From positions 20,187 to 84,186 of the forward strand of contig DBDS01000006.1 in the NCBI GenBank assembly GCA_002293685.1: a stretch of 64,000 bases of DNA, written 5' to 3'. The notes beneath the pieces were generated by a model that was not told where the DNA came from, made no database searches, and saw nothing but the letters and a program-made list of their open reading frames with translations. Positions 53,984-64,000 of this stretch are shown piece by piece (within the stretch, counting starts at the first letter, position 1; each line of letters opens with the position of its first letter). The DNA comes from Patescibacteria group bacterium UBA926. GTDB taxonomy: Bacteria; Patescibacteriota; Doudnabacteria; UBA920. The translations under genes were made by a program, and so were the position numbers.

Positions 53984-54565
53984 ATGGAAATGCCCAAGTA
54001 CGATGCAATATTTATGGTCGGTCCGCAAGGATCTGGAAAAGGAACTCAAGGGAAAGTCTTGGCAGAAAAGCTGGGTTATTTTTATTGGGAAATGGGTGAG
54101 ATCCTTAGGGAAGAAGCAAAGAAGAGCACTCCTTTTGGAAAAAAGGTGAAAGCTCTTATCGACGCAGGACATCTTTTAGAAGACGACGAACTGTATAGAA
54201 TACTCAACACTGAACTTCCTGAAGTTATAAAGCACAAACGTATTTTGTTCGACGGCGTACCTCGTCGCGTTGGGCAGGGTGTTTATTTAATTCACTATTT
54301 AAATCAAAACGGTTATACAAAGTTCGGAACAATTGTTATTGATGTTCCTAAAAAAGAATCTATTGCTAGATTATTAGAACGAGCCCATCATGAATTCCGC
54401 ACCGATGATACTCCAGAAAAAATTGCTTATCGCTTAGATTTATACGAATCAGAAACTAAACCCGTAATTAAATTTTTACAAGGCATTGGTGATTTACACA
54501 CCATTGATGGAGTCGGGAGCATCGAAGAGATTAGTAAAAGAATTAATCAGGCACTGGGGATCTAA
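53984..54565 (+). CDS. adk: Adenylate kinase
   Basis: P-loop GPQGSGKGTQ, NMP-binding region, LID-less short form, and DGVPRR. Confidence 0.85.
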   Translation: MEMPKYDAIFMVGPQGSGKGTQGKVLAEKLGYFYWEMGEILREEAKKSTPFGKKVKALIDAGHLLEDDELYRILNTELPEVIKHKRILFDGVPRRVGQGVYLIHYLNQNGYTKFGTIVIDVPKKESIARLLERAHHEFRTDDTPEKIAYRLDLYESETKPVIKFLQGIGDLHTIDGVGSIEEISKRINQALGI

Positions 54566-55180
54566 ATGGCGAGAGAGCAGAAACCTTTCAATTTAATTTT
54601 GCTTGGCGATGTGGGAGCAGGGAAAGCAACTCAATCCGCACACTTTGCAAAAAAATATAACATGTTTGATTTCGACATGGGGAGGGAACTAACTTTATTA
54701 CGTAAGAAAAATTCTAAAGTTGATTCTGCTCAAAAAAGAACAGCGGATAAAGGAATCTTGACTCCAACTAAAATCGTTCGGGACATTCTTCAATCAAAAA
54801 TCGCTAGGACACCGAAGACAAAAGGAATCTTATTCGATGGCCATCCCAAAATGATCGGCGAAGCTAAGCTTGTAAGAAAATTATTGACCGAACAAAAGAG
54901 AGCAAACCCGTTAGTAGTTTATTTGCTAATCCCTCGTGAGGAATCAGTTAAGCGAGTACTATCCCGCAAAGGCTATAATGATACTCAAATCAAGAAGCGT
55001 AGCGACGACACAATTGCCGGTTTAAAGAATCGAGCCAAGTATTATCGTGATCAGATAAAAAAAGTTACCAAGTATTTTGGTGACCACTATGAATTTGTTT
55101 GTATCGACGGGATAGGAACTCCTGCCCAAGTTCGCACAAGAATACAAGAAGCAATCACACAGTTTCTAGAGAATAAATAA
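54566..55180 (+). CDS. Second adenylate-kinase-family nucleoside monophosphate kinase (paralog)
   Basis: P-loop GDVGAGKATQ and DGHPKMIGEA. The start is adjacent to the adk stop codon. Confidence 0.65.
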   Translation: MAREQKPFNLILLGDVGAGKATQSAHFAKKYNMFDFDMGRELTLLRKKNSKVDSAQKRTADKGILTPTKIVRDILQSKIARTPKTKGILFDGHPKMIGEAKLVRKLLTEQKRANPLVVYLLIPREESVKRVLSRKGYNDTQIKKRSDDTIAGLKNRAKYYRDQIKKVTKYFGDHYEFVCIDGIGTPAQVRTRIQEAITQFLENK

Positions 55181-55182
55181 TT

Positions 55183-55953
55183 ATGGCAGATTACACAAAA
55201 AAACCTGAAGAGATAGAATTAATCGGCGAAGGCGGAAGAATCCTTGGCGGTATTTTGAAGCGCACGGCTATGCTCGCAAAGCCAGGTGTTTCTACTGCGG
55301 AGTTGAATGATTTTGCAGAACGCGAAATTCGCATCGCTGGTGGACGTCCAAGCTTCATGGGTTATGGCGATAAAAAGAACCCGTTTCCTGCTGGGTTATG
55401 TACCTCAATAAATGATGCGGTCGTTCATGGTGTTCCTTCAAGTGAAGATATTCTTCAAGAGGGAGATATAGTTGGACTCGATATTGGAATGGAGTACAAA
55501 GGTTTTTACACTGATACGGCCATTACAGTGCCTGTGGGGAAGGTCTCAGCCCGAGCCGAAGAAATAATGAAGGTCACTAAGCATGCTCTAACAGAAGCAA
55601 TAAATTTAGCAAAACCAGGTAACAAAATAGGGGACTTAGGTTTTGCCATGCAAAGCATTGCCGAGAAAGCCGGTTTTAGCGTAGTTCGTGATTTGGTTGG
55701 ACACGGTGTTGGATATGCGGTTCATGAAGAACCTTCCGTTCCTTGTTACGGCAAGCCAGGAACAGGAATTAGTCTGGTAGAAGGAATGGTCTTGGCGATT
55801 GAGCCGATGGTGTGTGAAAAAAAGCCACGAGTAATTTTCGATACCGATGGTTGGACAATTCGTACCTCCGATGGTGGTTTAGCTGCTCACTTTGAGCATA
55901 CTATTGCAATCACTAAAAATGGTGCTAGAATTTTAACAGAGAGAAATAATTAA
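55183..55953 (+). CDS. map: Methionine aminopeptidase type I
   Basis: Pita-bread metal ligands (D...D...H...E...E) in their conserved context (GHGVGYAVHEEP). Confidence 0.9.
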   Translation: MADYTKKPEEIELIGEGGRILGGILKRTAMLAKPGVSTAELNDFAEREIRIAGGRPSFMGYGDKKNPFPAGLCTSINDAVVHGVPSSEDILQEGDIVGLDIGMEYKGFYTDTAITVPVGKVSARAEEIMKVTKHALTEAINLAKPGNKIGDLGFAMQSIAEKAGFSVVRDLVGHGVGYAVHEEPSVPCYGKPGTGISLVEGMVLAIEPMVCEKKPRVIFDTDGWTIRTSDGGLAAHFEHTIAITKNGARILTERNN

Positions 55954-55967
55954 TAATAATCGATACT

Positions 55968-56423
55968 ATGGAATACTCGATTTTGGATACTGCTACAAAT
56001 CAGCCAGTATTTGACCCAGTGTTTATGCTGTTCGGTGTAATATTGGGAATCGCATTATATTTATACAGTGCGTATTGTTTGTACCACATCGCTAAAAAGA
56101 CCAACACCGAAAATGAGTGGTTGGCTTGGATCCCGCTAGCTAACATTTATCTCATGGTAAAAATTGCTCGTTTACCGGTTTGGTGGCTTTTGGTTTTCTT
56201 AACAGCGTTTATACCAGTTCTTAATCTTTTAGCAATCGTACTTCTTGGTTACATTTGGTGGAAAATAGCTGAAGAGCGTCGTCGTCCAGGTTGGTGGGGA
56301 ATTTTGATGCTCATTGGTCCTATTAACTTAGTCATAATTTGGTTCTTGGCATTCCGTGAAGCCGAAAATCAGATCGCTCCAATTTCTACACCGCCTAACA
56401 CACCACCGTCAACAATTATGTAA
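55968..56423 (+). CDS. Small membrane protein with a Pro/Thr-rich tail
   Basis: Four TM helices. Confidence 0.4.
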   Translation: MEYSILDTATNQPVFDPVFMLFGVILGIALYLYSAYCLYHIAKKTNTENEWLAWIPLANIYLMVKIARLPVWWLLVFLTAFIPVLNLLAIVLLGYIWWKIAEERRRPGWWGILMLIGPINLVIIWFLAFREAENQIAPISTPPNTPPSTIM

Positions 56424-56436
56424 AGAAAAACAGAAG

Positions 56437-58233
56437 CTAAAGGCTTCTGTTTTTAATTTTGTCTGAAAGAGTTTGTGCGAATTCGGCGATTGGAATTACT
56501 CCAAGGTCTTGATCGCCGCGGCCGCGAACCGCAACTTTGTTGTCAGCCGCTTCTTTGTCACCGACTACAAGTAAGTAAGGAACTTTTTGTGAAGCTGCTT
56601 CTCGAATTCGCTTACCGACGGATTCGGAACGAATATCGATTTCTATGCGAAGCTTTGGAATGACTGCTTTTAATTCTGCAACCACTTGTTCGGCATAAGC
56701 TGCGTGTTTGTCTGAAATCGGTAACACAACCGCTTGTATTGGTGATAACCAAACAGGGAAGTTACCGGCAAAGTGTTCAATCAGGAAACCAATAAATCGT
56801 TCGTGAGTTCCAAGCGGGGCACGGTGAATGACGGCTGGGGTTTTGCGTTGTCCGTCTTGGTCGATGTATTCGAGTTCAAATCGTTTACCCATGAACAAAT
56901 CGAGTTGGTTGGTAGAGGCAGTGAAAGAACGGCCAATTGAAGAGTAGATTTGAAAATCCATTTTTGGTCCGTAAAACGCCGCGCCTTCATTTACAACTTT
57001 GTAAGGCACACCGGAAAGCTCCATAGCTTCGATGGTCATCTTTTCGGCATCAACCCAATCCTGTTCATCGCCATGGTACTTATCCATATTATTTGGATCG
57101 CGCAATGCTAATTCCATTTCGTATTCGGTGATTCCTAAAGTTTTGTAGTAGTATTCGTGAAGTTTAATTACTTTCACAAATTCTTCAACAGCATTTTCTT
57201 TTTGCACATAAATATGAGCATCATTCATTTGCATACCTCGAACCCGCATCAATCCAAACAAACTTCCAGAATCTTCATATCGATGGCACCAGCCATATTC
57301 AGCTAATCGTACTGGTAATTCCCGGTAACTCTTAGGACGAGCTGCAAAAGTTTTGTGATGAAACGGACAATTCATTGGCTTGATGTAATAGTTATCATCT
57401 TCAATTTGTAAAGGCGAGTACATACTGTCTTTGTAAAGTGGTAAGTGCCCGGAAGTGTAAAACAAATCTTGCTTAGTGATGATCGGAGTGGTTACTCTTT
57501 GATAACCCCATTCAGTTTCTGTGTCTTTCGCCCAGTTTTCCAGCTCTTCTTTAATGATATTTCCTTTAGGTAGCCAGATTGGTAAGCCTTTACCGATTGA
57601 TTCGTCGAAGTGGAATAAATCTAATTCTTCACCTAGTTTTCGGTGATCACGCTTTTTTGCTTCTTCCAGCATTGCTAAATGTTTTTCTAAATCGGCTTTG
57701 GTTTCAAAAGCTAAGCCATAGATGCGGGTCATCATTGGATTTTTTTCATCACCGCGCCAGTAAGCCCCAGCGATTTTTTCCAACATAAAAGCATCTACAT
57801 TTAGCTCTGTGGTATTTTCAACATGGCCACCCCGGCAAAGATCAATGAAGTCGCCAGTTTGATATAGGGAAACTTTTCCGTCTGAACTTTCAACTTCTTC
57901 CGATTGCTCGTGTAATTTAGTGCTACCGAATTTTTCGATATCATTAATTAGTTCAACTTTAAATGGTTGATGGCGTTGTTCAAAAAAACTTTTAGCTTCC
58001 GCAAAATTCATCTCTTGTCGCTCAAAACCTAGATTAGCTTTCGCTAATTCCTTCATACGAGCTTCGAGTACAGGTAAGTCTTCAGGAGAAAGTGAGGTAG
58101 GTAACACAAAATCATAGTAAAAACCGTTTTCGATTGCCGGCCCAACACCTAGCTTGGCATCGGGAAATTTTTCTAACACAGCTGCCGCAAGAAGATGGGC
58201 GAGTGAGTGCTGTTTGTTTGCGAGGTCGGTCAT
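56437..58233 (-). CDS. thrS: Threonine--tRNA ligase
   Basis: Class II motifs (FRLE...; HRAPLGTHERFIGFLIEHFAG) and a C-terminal anticodon-binding domain. The N-terminal TGS domain appears reduced. Confidence 0.9.
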   Translation of the reverse strand: MTDLANKQHSLAHLLAAAVLEKFPDAKLGVGPAIENGFYYDFVLPTSLSPEDLPVLEARMKELAKANLGFERQEMNFAEAKSFFEQRHQPFKVELINDIEKFGSTKLHEQSEEVESSDGKVSLYQTGDFIDLCRGGHVENTTELNVDAFMLEKIAGAYWRGDEKNPMMTRIYGLAFETKADLEKHLAMLEEAKKRDHRKLGEELDLFHFDESIGKGLPIWLPKGNIIKEELENWAKDTETEWGYQRVTTPIITKQDLFYTSGHLPLYKDSMYSPLQIEDDNYYIKPMNCPFHHKTFAARPKSYRELPVRLAEYGWCHRYEDSGSLFGLMRVRGMQMNDAHIYVQKENAVEEFVKVIKLHEYYYKTLGITEYEMELALRDPNNMDKYHGDEQDWVDAEKMTIEAMELSGVPYKVVNEGAAFYGPKMDFQIYSSIGRSFTASTNQLDLFMGKRFELEYIDQDGQRKTPAVIHRAPLGTHERFIGFLIEHFAGNFPVWLSPIQAVVLPISDKHAAYAEQVVAELKAVIPKLRIEIDIRSESVGKRIREAASQKVPYLLVVGDKEAADNKVAVRGRGDQDLGVIPIAEFAQTLSDKIKNRSL

Positions 58234-58266
58234 ATTGAGTTATAACTTAATTGTAAGGAGGAATTT

Positions 58267-58482
58267 ATGAAACGAGTAGTAGTTTATTTTGGTTATGGGT
58301 TTGTGTTTCTCTTAGTTATCTTGTGGCAAGTTAATTCGTTGTTTGTGCTAACAGATATATTCGGCAAGGAATTTAACTTCAAAGCCGTATTGGGTGCAAT
58401 CCTTGTTGTGGATATCGTATGCCTCGTAACTCATCTGTGGGAGTCTAGAGCTGAGAATAAAAATAACCCCAGAAAACATTGA
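58267..58482 (+). CDS. Small membrane protein (uncertain)
   Basis: 71-aa hydrophobic ORF. Confidence 0.3.
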   Translation: MKRVVVYFGYGFVFLLVILWQVNSLFVLTDIFGKEFNFKAVLGAILVVDIVCLVTHLWESRAENKNNPRKH

Positions 58483-59005
58483 TATACATCATTGCTTTCT
58501 GGGGTCTAATTTATTTAGACGATTCCGTCCCAGTTCATCGCGATTGGCGACCTTTTGAAATATAAAATTGATTTAAGCTCAGTGGTTGGTAGCCACTTCA
58601 TCACTTACAATTATTATACATAAATTTGAGATAAAAAAAAGCCCCCGAACATCGATCCGGGGGCGTGTTGGGGATCGTAGAATTTGAGGATTCTACTCGG
58701 TTACCTGACGTTTTGCGTCAGATCTTGATTAACCCTCCTAAGGGTTGTATAAGTGTGGACAAAAACTTTGTAAAAGGCCAGCCGGATCATAGCATGGAGG
58801 GGCTCCCCGACTGGCTAGTGATAAAACTTCGGTTACGAAGTATTTATTGTCGTCTTCAGCCTGAGCTGTAGACTTGGTTATCATACGGTGTATGATTACA
58901 TCCATATAATTTCTTTCATGGCTTGGCTTGGTTCAGTCCAAGTTTTTGTCACGAAAGGTTATGGTTCATCACGAACATCTTACCATAATGAACTATGTGG
59001 GTCAA

Positions 59006-62000
59006 CTAAAAATCCATTCGATCATATATCATGCTTACTTCAGGGAGAGCTCGTAGTTGCTGGATTAGCTCCCGAGAAATTCGGACGCTGGACTTGGTTT
59101 TAATCACATTACTGTCAGCACCTGAGCCAACTTGAAGAAATACCGGCGCATTACCAGGATTTGATTCTAATAATTTTTTTATATGATGCAGAGTTTCCTG
59201 ATTTTTGATATCAGGTAGATGAATGGTGAGTTCTTTTTGTTTTTCTAGTTCATTCACAGCCATCAAATACAATTCATCGTTAGGTAAATCCTTTATTTCA
59301 TTAACTAGAACTTTTGGTTCACCATCTTTATATGAAATTTTCCCGGTTACGCGAAGGACACCATCACCATCAAGATAGCCCACAGCCTGTGGCATAACTT
59401 TTGGAAAGATTAGTAATTCAACTGAACCGCTTTTGTCTTCGAATGTAGCGAACGCCATTGGGTCATTCTTTTTTGTAACAGTCCGTTTTGCTTTCGTTAT
59501 GATTCCAGCAATCTCAATCGTTCGATTATCCATAGATTCATTGATCGTGAAAATCCTTGTAAAATCTTTAGTCACTTCATTGTATCTATCCAGAGGATGA
59601 CCAGACACAAACAAACCAAGATGTTCTTTTTCAAATTTCAAAACATCATCCGGTGGAATTGGTGAAGCGGGCTGAAGCTGTAATTTGCCAATCTGAAAAC
59701 TTTTACCAAACAACGAAGTTTGGCCAGAATTATCGTTTTTGAAGTGCTCTCGCAGGAAATCCAGCACGCGATCGGTGCTGGCAAGAAGCACGGCTCTGTC
59801 ACCAAATTTATCTAGGGCACCAGCTTTTACCAAAGCTTCCCAGGATTTCTTGTTAAAATTTTTGCTGTAACTCTTGGTAAGAAAGTCTTCTAAAGATTCA
59901 AAAGTGATACCAGCTTTATGGCAATCGATAATCTTGCGGATTACATCAGAGCCTAAATTTTTAATTGCTCGGAGTCCAAAGCGGATGGTGTTTTCGTCGA
60001 TTACGGTAAACCCACCATAACTTTCGGTTACGTCTGGAGGAAGCACTTGAATGCCTAAATTCCGACATTCTTCGAACGCTGCAAAAATTTTGTCTTCGTC
60101 TCCACTTTCGGCACTCATTAGTGCCGCCATAAACTCTACGGTGTAATTCGCTTTCATGTAAGCGGTTTGGTAAGAGACTTGGCTGTATGAAGCTGCGTGG
60201 GCTTTGTTAAATCCGTAAGCGGCGAACGGTTCGATAAGTGTGAATAGTTCTGCGGCTTTCGTACTGCTCATTCCATTTTGAATACAACCATCGATAAACT
60301 TAACTTTTTGTTTAGCCATTTCGGCAGGGATTTTTTTACCCATGGCTTTACGAAGTTTATCGGCTTCCTCCCAAGTGTAGCCGGCAATCTCGATAGCTGT
60401 AAGTAAGACGTCGTCTTGATAAACGAGTAGACCAAGTGAGCGAGCTAGATAATCTTTCATTCGCTCATCAAAAAATTTAACCAAAGAAGGATTTCGTTTG
60501 CGGGCAATGTATTCGGGAATAATTCCCATTGGTCCTGGGCGATACAGCGCAATCATGGCAGAAATATCAAAAATGCTTGATGGTCTGAGTTCTTTCAGGT
60601 GGCGAGTAATTCCCGAACTGCCCAATTGGAACACACCAAAAGTATGACCTTCGGAAAGTAGCTGATAGGTCTTAGAGTCATCGAGAGGAAGTTTATTAGG
60701 ATTAATCTCGATGTTGTGACGGATTTTAACAAGTTTAATAGCCGCCTCTAAAATACTTAAGTTACGGATACCTAGCAAATCCATTTTGACAACACCAATT
60801 GCGTTACCGTCGGCTCCTACATCTAGCGCGTACATATCGTACTGAGTGATAAGACGATTACCGTCGGGTTCAACTTGAAGGGGTGTGTAATCGGTGAGCG
60901 GTGTTGGAGTGATGGCAAGCGCCGCAGCGTGAATTGATGCGTGACGAACACAGCCTTCCAGCTTTTTGGCGATGTCTATAATTCTTTTTGTCTCGGCGTC
61001 AGTCTTGTAAATTTCTGCTAATTCAGGGTTTTGATCGATGGCTTTATCTAATGTCATCGTAAACCCTTGTTTACCAAGAGGAATCATTTTGGCGATACGA
61101 TCGCACTTCCCGTAAGGAACGGCTAAGGCACGGCCGACGTCGCGCACAACCGCGCGGGCTTTCATTGTTCCGAACGTGATAATTTGGGCAACTTTATCGT
61201 GCCCGTATCTATCTGCTATCCAGCCGATTACTTCGTCTCGCCGGTCGTCGGCAATGTCTAAATCGACATCGGGCGGGGTTGGTCTGGATAGCGTTAAGAA
61301 TCGCTCAAAAGGAAGTTGGTATTCGAGCGGGTCGATAGCACTGATGTTTAGTAGATAGCCAACTATCGAACCTGCTGCGCTACCTCGAGTGTTGGTTAAA
61401 GCTCCTAGTTGATGAGCGCCTGCAACAATATCGGCGACCATCAAAAAGTAAACGGCGAAACCTTTTTGGTTGATTATATTTAGTTCGTAATCGATACGTT
61501 CTTGGATTTCTTTTGTCACACCTCCCTTGTTTGCATAGACTTCCTTTGCGCGTTGATTGGTTTGGTTAGTGAGTTCTTGTTCCGGCGTAATTCCTTCGGG
61601 TAGGGGAATATGAGCAAAGTACCTTTGGTTAATGGGTATTTCGATATCGACTTGATTAGCGATAATTTGTGTACTCTTGATCGCTTCTGGGACGTCGGCA
61701 AACTTTGCAATCATTTCTTCTGGCGTCGAAAGTGATAGATCATGGCCTCTCATATCTAACCGGTTTGGTTCATCGACACTGCGACCTGTACCGACACAAA
61801 CTAGCACGTCTTGGGCTTCGGCATCTTCTTTATGTAAATAATGACAGTCTTGGGTTGCAACCTGACGTACGCCCATTTTGTTACCTAAAGCAATCAGTAA
61901 TTCATTAGGCTGTAATTCTTCATCGTGTAAGCTATTTCGCTGGAGTTCTAAAAAGAAGTTTTCTGTTCCAAAAATTTTAAGATGCTCTGCTAGAGCAGCT

Positions 62001-62461
62001 TCGCCCGCTTGCTCAGAATTTTTTAGACTCCGCGGGACTTGGCCGCGAGGACATCCCGACAAAGCAATTAATCCATCATGGTATTCATTCAACACTTCCA
62101 AATCTAAACGAGGTTTGTAATAAAAACCTTCGGTGTTGGCAATCGTGGTTAATTTCATCAGGTTTTGGTAACCTTGATAATTTTTTGCCAGTAGAGTGAG
62201 GTGATGGTAGTCAGCGTCAATTTTACCTTCTTTCATTTTCATACCTCGCGGAGCGATATAAGCTTCGAGACCTATTATCGGTTTGACCTCATGCTTACGG
62301 CAAGTGTTGTAGAATTCGATTGCTCCGTACATCACGCCGTGATCGGTGAGGGCGAGCGAGCTCATTCCTAAATCTTTTGTGGTCTGCACTAAATCTGAGA
62401 CTTTGGATAAGCCGTCGAGTAGGGAAAAGTGAGAATGGCAGTGAAGGTGAGTAAAAGACAT
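59006..62461 (-). CDS. dnaE: DNA polymerase III alpha subunit
   Basis: N-terminal PHP domain (HLHCHSHFSLLDG), polymerase core, and OB fold. Confidence 0.9.
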   Translation of the reverse strand: MSFTHLHCHSHFSLLDGLSKVSDLVQTTKDLGMSSLALTDHGVMYGAIEFYNTCRKHEVKPIIGLEAYIAPRGMKMKEGKIDADYHHLTLLAKNYQGYQNLMKLTTIANTEGFYYKPRLDLEVLNEYHDGLIALSGCPRGQVPRSLKNSEQAGEAALAEHLKIFGTENFFLELQRNSLHDEELQPNELLIALGNKMGVRQVATQDCHYLHKEDAEAQDVLVCVGTGRSVDEPNRLDMRGHDLSLSTPEEMIAKFADVPEAIKSTQIIANQVDIEIPINQRYFAHIPLPEGITPEQELTNQTNQRAKEVYANKGGVTKEIQERIDYELNIINQKGFAVYFLMVADIVAGAHQLGALTNTRGSAAGSIVGYLLNISAIDPLEYQLPFERFLTLSRPTPPDVDLDIADDRRDEVIGWIADRYGHDKVAQIITFGTMKARAVVRDVGRALAVPYGKCDRIAKMIPLGKQGFTMTLDKAIDQNPELAEIYKTDAETKRIIDIAKKLEGCVRHASIHAAALAITPTPLTDYTPLQVEPDGNRLITQYDMYALDVGADGNAIGVVKMDLLGIRNLSILEAAIKLVKIRHNIEINPNKLPLDDSKTYQLLSEGHTFGVFQLGSSGITRHLKELRPSSIFDISAMIALYRPGPMGIIPEYIARKRNPSLVKFFDERMKDYLARSLGLLVYQDDVLLTAIEIAGYTWEEADKLRKAMGKKIPAEMAKQKVKFIDGCIQNGMSSTKAAELFTLIEPFAAYGFNKAHAASYSQVSYQTAYMKANYTVEFMAALMSAESGDEDKIFAAFEECRNLGIQVLPPDVTESYGGFTVIDENTIRFGLRAIKNLGSDVIRKIIDCHKAGITFESLEDFLTKSYSKNFNKKSWEALVKAGALDKFGDRAVLLASTDRVLDFLREHFKNDNSGQTSLFGKSFQIGKLQLQPASPIPPDDVLKFEKEHLGLFVSGHPLDRYNEVTKDFTRIFTINESMDNRTIEIAGIITKAKRTVTKKNDPMAFATFEDKSGSVELLIFPKVMPQAVGYLDGDGVLRVTGKISYKDGEPKVLVNEIKDLPNDELYLMAVNELEKQKELTIHLPDIKNQETLHHIKKLLESNPGNAPVFLQVGSGADSNVIKTKSSVRISRELIQQLRALPEVSMIYDRMDF

Positions 62462-62524
62462 TAAATCAACAAACAGGGTTATTTTTGCTATACTAAAATT
62501 ATCATAACATAATCAATTGGTCTC

Positions 62525-63370
62525 ATGTCATTGAAGGATAATTTGCAGGTTGAAGCTCAAAGTGTCGTCGTTGGAGCGAATGAAGGAGTTTGGAAACTTA
62601 AGACTTGGTTCGAGGGATTATTGCGTTGGCAAAGAATTTTGCTGATTATTTTAATAGTACTTATGATTCCTGGATATTTTGCTGTGCGATATGGTTTAGA
62701 GTTAGTTTTAGTACGCCAGTATGCCAGACAAGCACTCGTTGCTCATTCAGCATTCACTGACCCAAATCCGTTAGTTGTTTCCAGAGTAAATATAATTCGA
62801 AATTCAAATGATACCGTTTCTGGTTATCTGACTGTTCGAAATCCAAACTTGGATTTAGGTTTAGATAATGCAAGATACACTATTAATTTTTTAGATAGCG
62901 CTAGTCAAATTGTTTTCACTTCAACAGGTTCTCTGTATTTGCTCCCAGATCAGCAACGTTGGATAGTTGTACCTCGTGTGGAATCTACTAATCAAATTAC
63001 ATCAGCAGAAATTAAGTTCGGTGAACTTAATTGGCAAAAACGTTTAGAGATTCCTCAAGTAGAACTTCGCATGAATGAACCATTTACTTATCAGCAAGAA
63101 AGCCCCTTGGCTACAGTTACTGAAGGAGCGGTGGTCAATAATAGCCCGTATAGTCTTCGACAGGTTTCGTTGGTAGTGGTTTTGTATGGGGCTAATAATC
63201 AGGTGTTAGCTGTCACGTCTAGAGAAGAATATTCATTACAACCTTTTGAACGTCGCGCGTACATTATTCAATGGCCAAATGTGAATCGTTCTGCTATAAC
63301 TCGTATTGGTCTTGAAGCTTATACAAATACTTTAGATCCGACAAATTTAACAGTAGCAACTAATCCGTAA
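62525..63370 (+). CDS. Hypothetical membrane-anchored protein
   Basis: One TM helix and a beta-rich extracytoplasmic domain. Confidence 0.45.
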   Translation: MSLKDNLQVEAQSVVVGANEGVWKLKTWFEGLLRWQRILLIILIVLMIPGYFAVRYGLELVLVRQYARQALVAHSAFTDPNPLVVSRVNIIRNSNDTVSGYLTVRNPNLDLGLDNARYTINFLDSASQIVFTSTGSLYLLPDQQRWIVVPRVESTNQITSAEIKFGELNWQKRLEIPQVELRMNEPFTYQQESPLATVTEGAVVNNSPYSLRQVSLVVVLYGANNQVLAVTSREEYSLQPFERRAYIIQWPNVNRSAITRIGLEAYTNTLDPTNLTVATNP

Positions 63371-63379
63371 TTAACATTG

Positions 63380-64000
63380 ATGCTAGCGTTTCTCAACCGA
63401 CTAAAATTTTACGACCTGCCGCTGCTCATTGTCAGCGGCTTATTACTTACTTCTGGGTTGGCCATTCAATATGCGATTTCGTTATCTGAAGCTGATTTAA
63501 GTGTATTCTATAGACAATCAGTTTACGCGGTTGGTGCGATTGTTGTTTTTATTTTGGTTGCGAATTATAACTATCAGAGATTTTCAAAAATAAATCGTTT
63601 ACTGTATCCGATTCTGCTAGTTGCTTTGTTATATCTTCAAATTTTTGGTGATCCGATCCGGGGTAGTGCTAGTTGGATTGACTTTGGGTTTTTTCAGCTT
63701 CAACCGGCTGAGTTAGCCAAAATTATTATTGGTGTTGGATTAGCACGCTGGTTATATGTGAACCGTGGTCAGATAAATTCTTGGCGCAATTTGGCATTAA
63801 CATTTATTTACGCTGGGTTACCAGCAGGACTTGTTTTCTTTGAACCAGATTTAGGTTCGGCTACTATCTTGATGTCAATTTGGTTTGGCTTGATACTAAT
63901 TAGTCCAATTCGCAGAGTTTATATAATTATTTTATTAGCTATTGCTATAGCTGTTGCTGGGATTGGTTGGCAGTTTGTATTACGCGATTATCAGAAACAA
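63380..64000 (+). CDS. SEDS-family peptidoglycan glycosyltransferase (RodA/FtsW), 5' partial (runs off the window)
   Basis: Multi-TM protein with conserved SEDS segments (PAELAKIIIGVGLARWL; FEPDLGSA). Confidence 0.75.
   Translation, partial: MLAFLNRLKFYDLPLLIVSGLLLTSGLAIQYAISLSEADLSVFYRQSVYAVGAIVVFILVANYNYQRFSKINRLLYPILLVALLYLQIFGDPIRGSASWIDFGFFQLQPAELAKIIIGVGLARWLYVNRGQINSWRNLALTFIYAGLPAGLVFFEPDLGSATILMSIWFGLILISPIRRVYIIILLAIAIAVAGIGWQFVLRDYQKQ

Noticed and set aside
58888-59103. Plus-strand 71-aa ORF overlapping the dnaE 3' end
   Set aside because: It is antisense to the well-supported dnaE CDS and has no RBS or domain.

Overview
This AT-rich 64 kb window looks bacterial, and its gene content and small-genome feel are consistent with a Candidate Phyla Radiation (CPR)/Patescibacteria-type organism, though that is inference. 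Most of it is housekeeping backbone: ppa, rplJ-rplL, lexA, scpAB, aspS/asnS, lgt, an htrA-like gene, recR, dnaB, cysS, a kef-type antiporter, two tandem adenylate kinases, map, thrS, dnaE, a partial SEDS-family (rodA/ftsW) gene and one tRNA-Glu(CUC).

The left ~12 kb is accessory:
- A compact minus-strand operon (49-2481) encodes a CsoR-type metal sensor, a heavy-metal-binding-domain protein, a YHS-domain protein and small membrane proteins.
- A degraded prophage or satellite-like island (~3.3-12.5 kb) follows. It carries a large serine recombinase, a terminase large subunit, a ParB-nuclease/DNA-methyltransferase fusion and a cI/LexA-like S24 repressor, and it ends near a tRNA 3'-end fragment.
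- The most interesting module is a two-gene operon cotranscribed directly downstream of the prophage repressor: a ThsB-like TIR-domain protein (9410-9781) translationally coupled to a caspase/metacaspase-like protease with an unknown C-terminal domain (9783-10724). This is a candidate, apparently undescribed, abortive-infection or anti-phage system.

Three further groups of observations:
- Repeats: a family of ~73-nt hairpin elements with TGTCATYC...GGATGACA termini; two non-CRISPR tandem 29-31 bp arrays sharing a CCCGGAAGCCC core; and an 88-bp duplication covering the tRNA-Glu 3' end.
- Candidate RNAs: a highly structured ORF-free ~650 bp region next to aspS, a tRNA-like small RNA candidate at 41.3 kb, and a structured leader upstream of rplJ.
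- Protein-level oddities: an alkyltransferase-like protein with PWWRV in place of PCHRV, a PP2C-like pseudophosphatase fused to a beta-propeller, and a surface protein with an APKTG sortase-like sorting signal.
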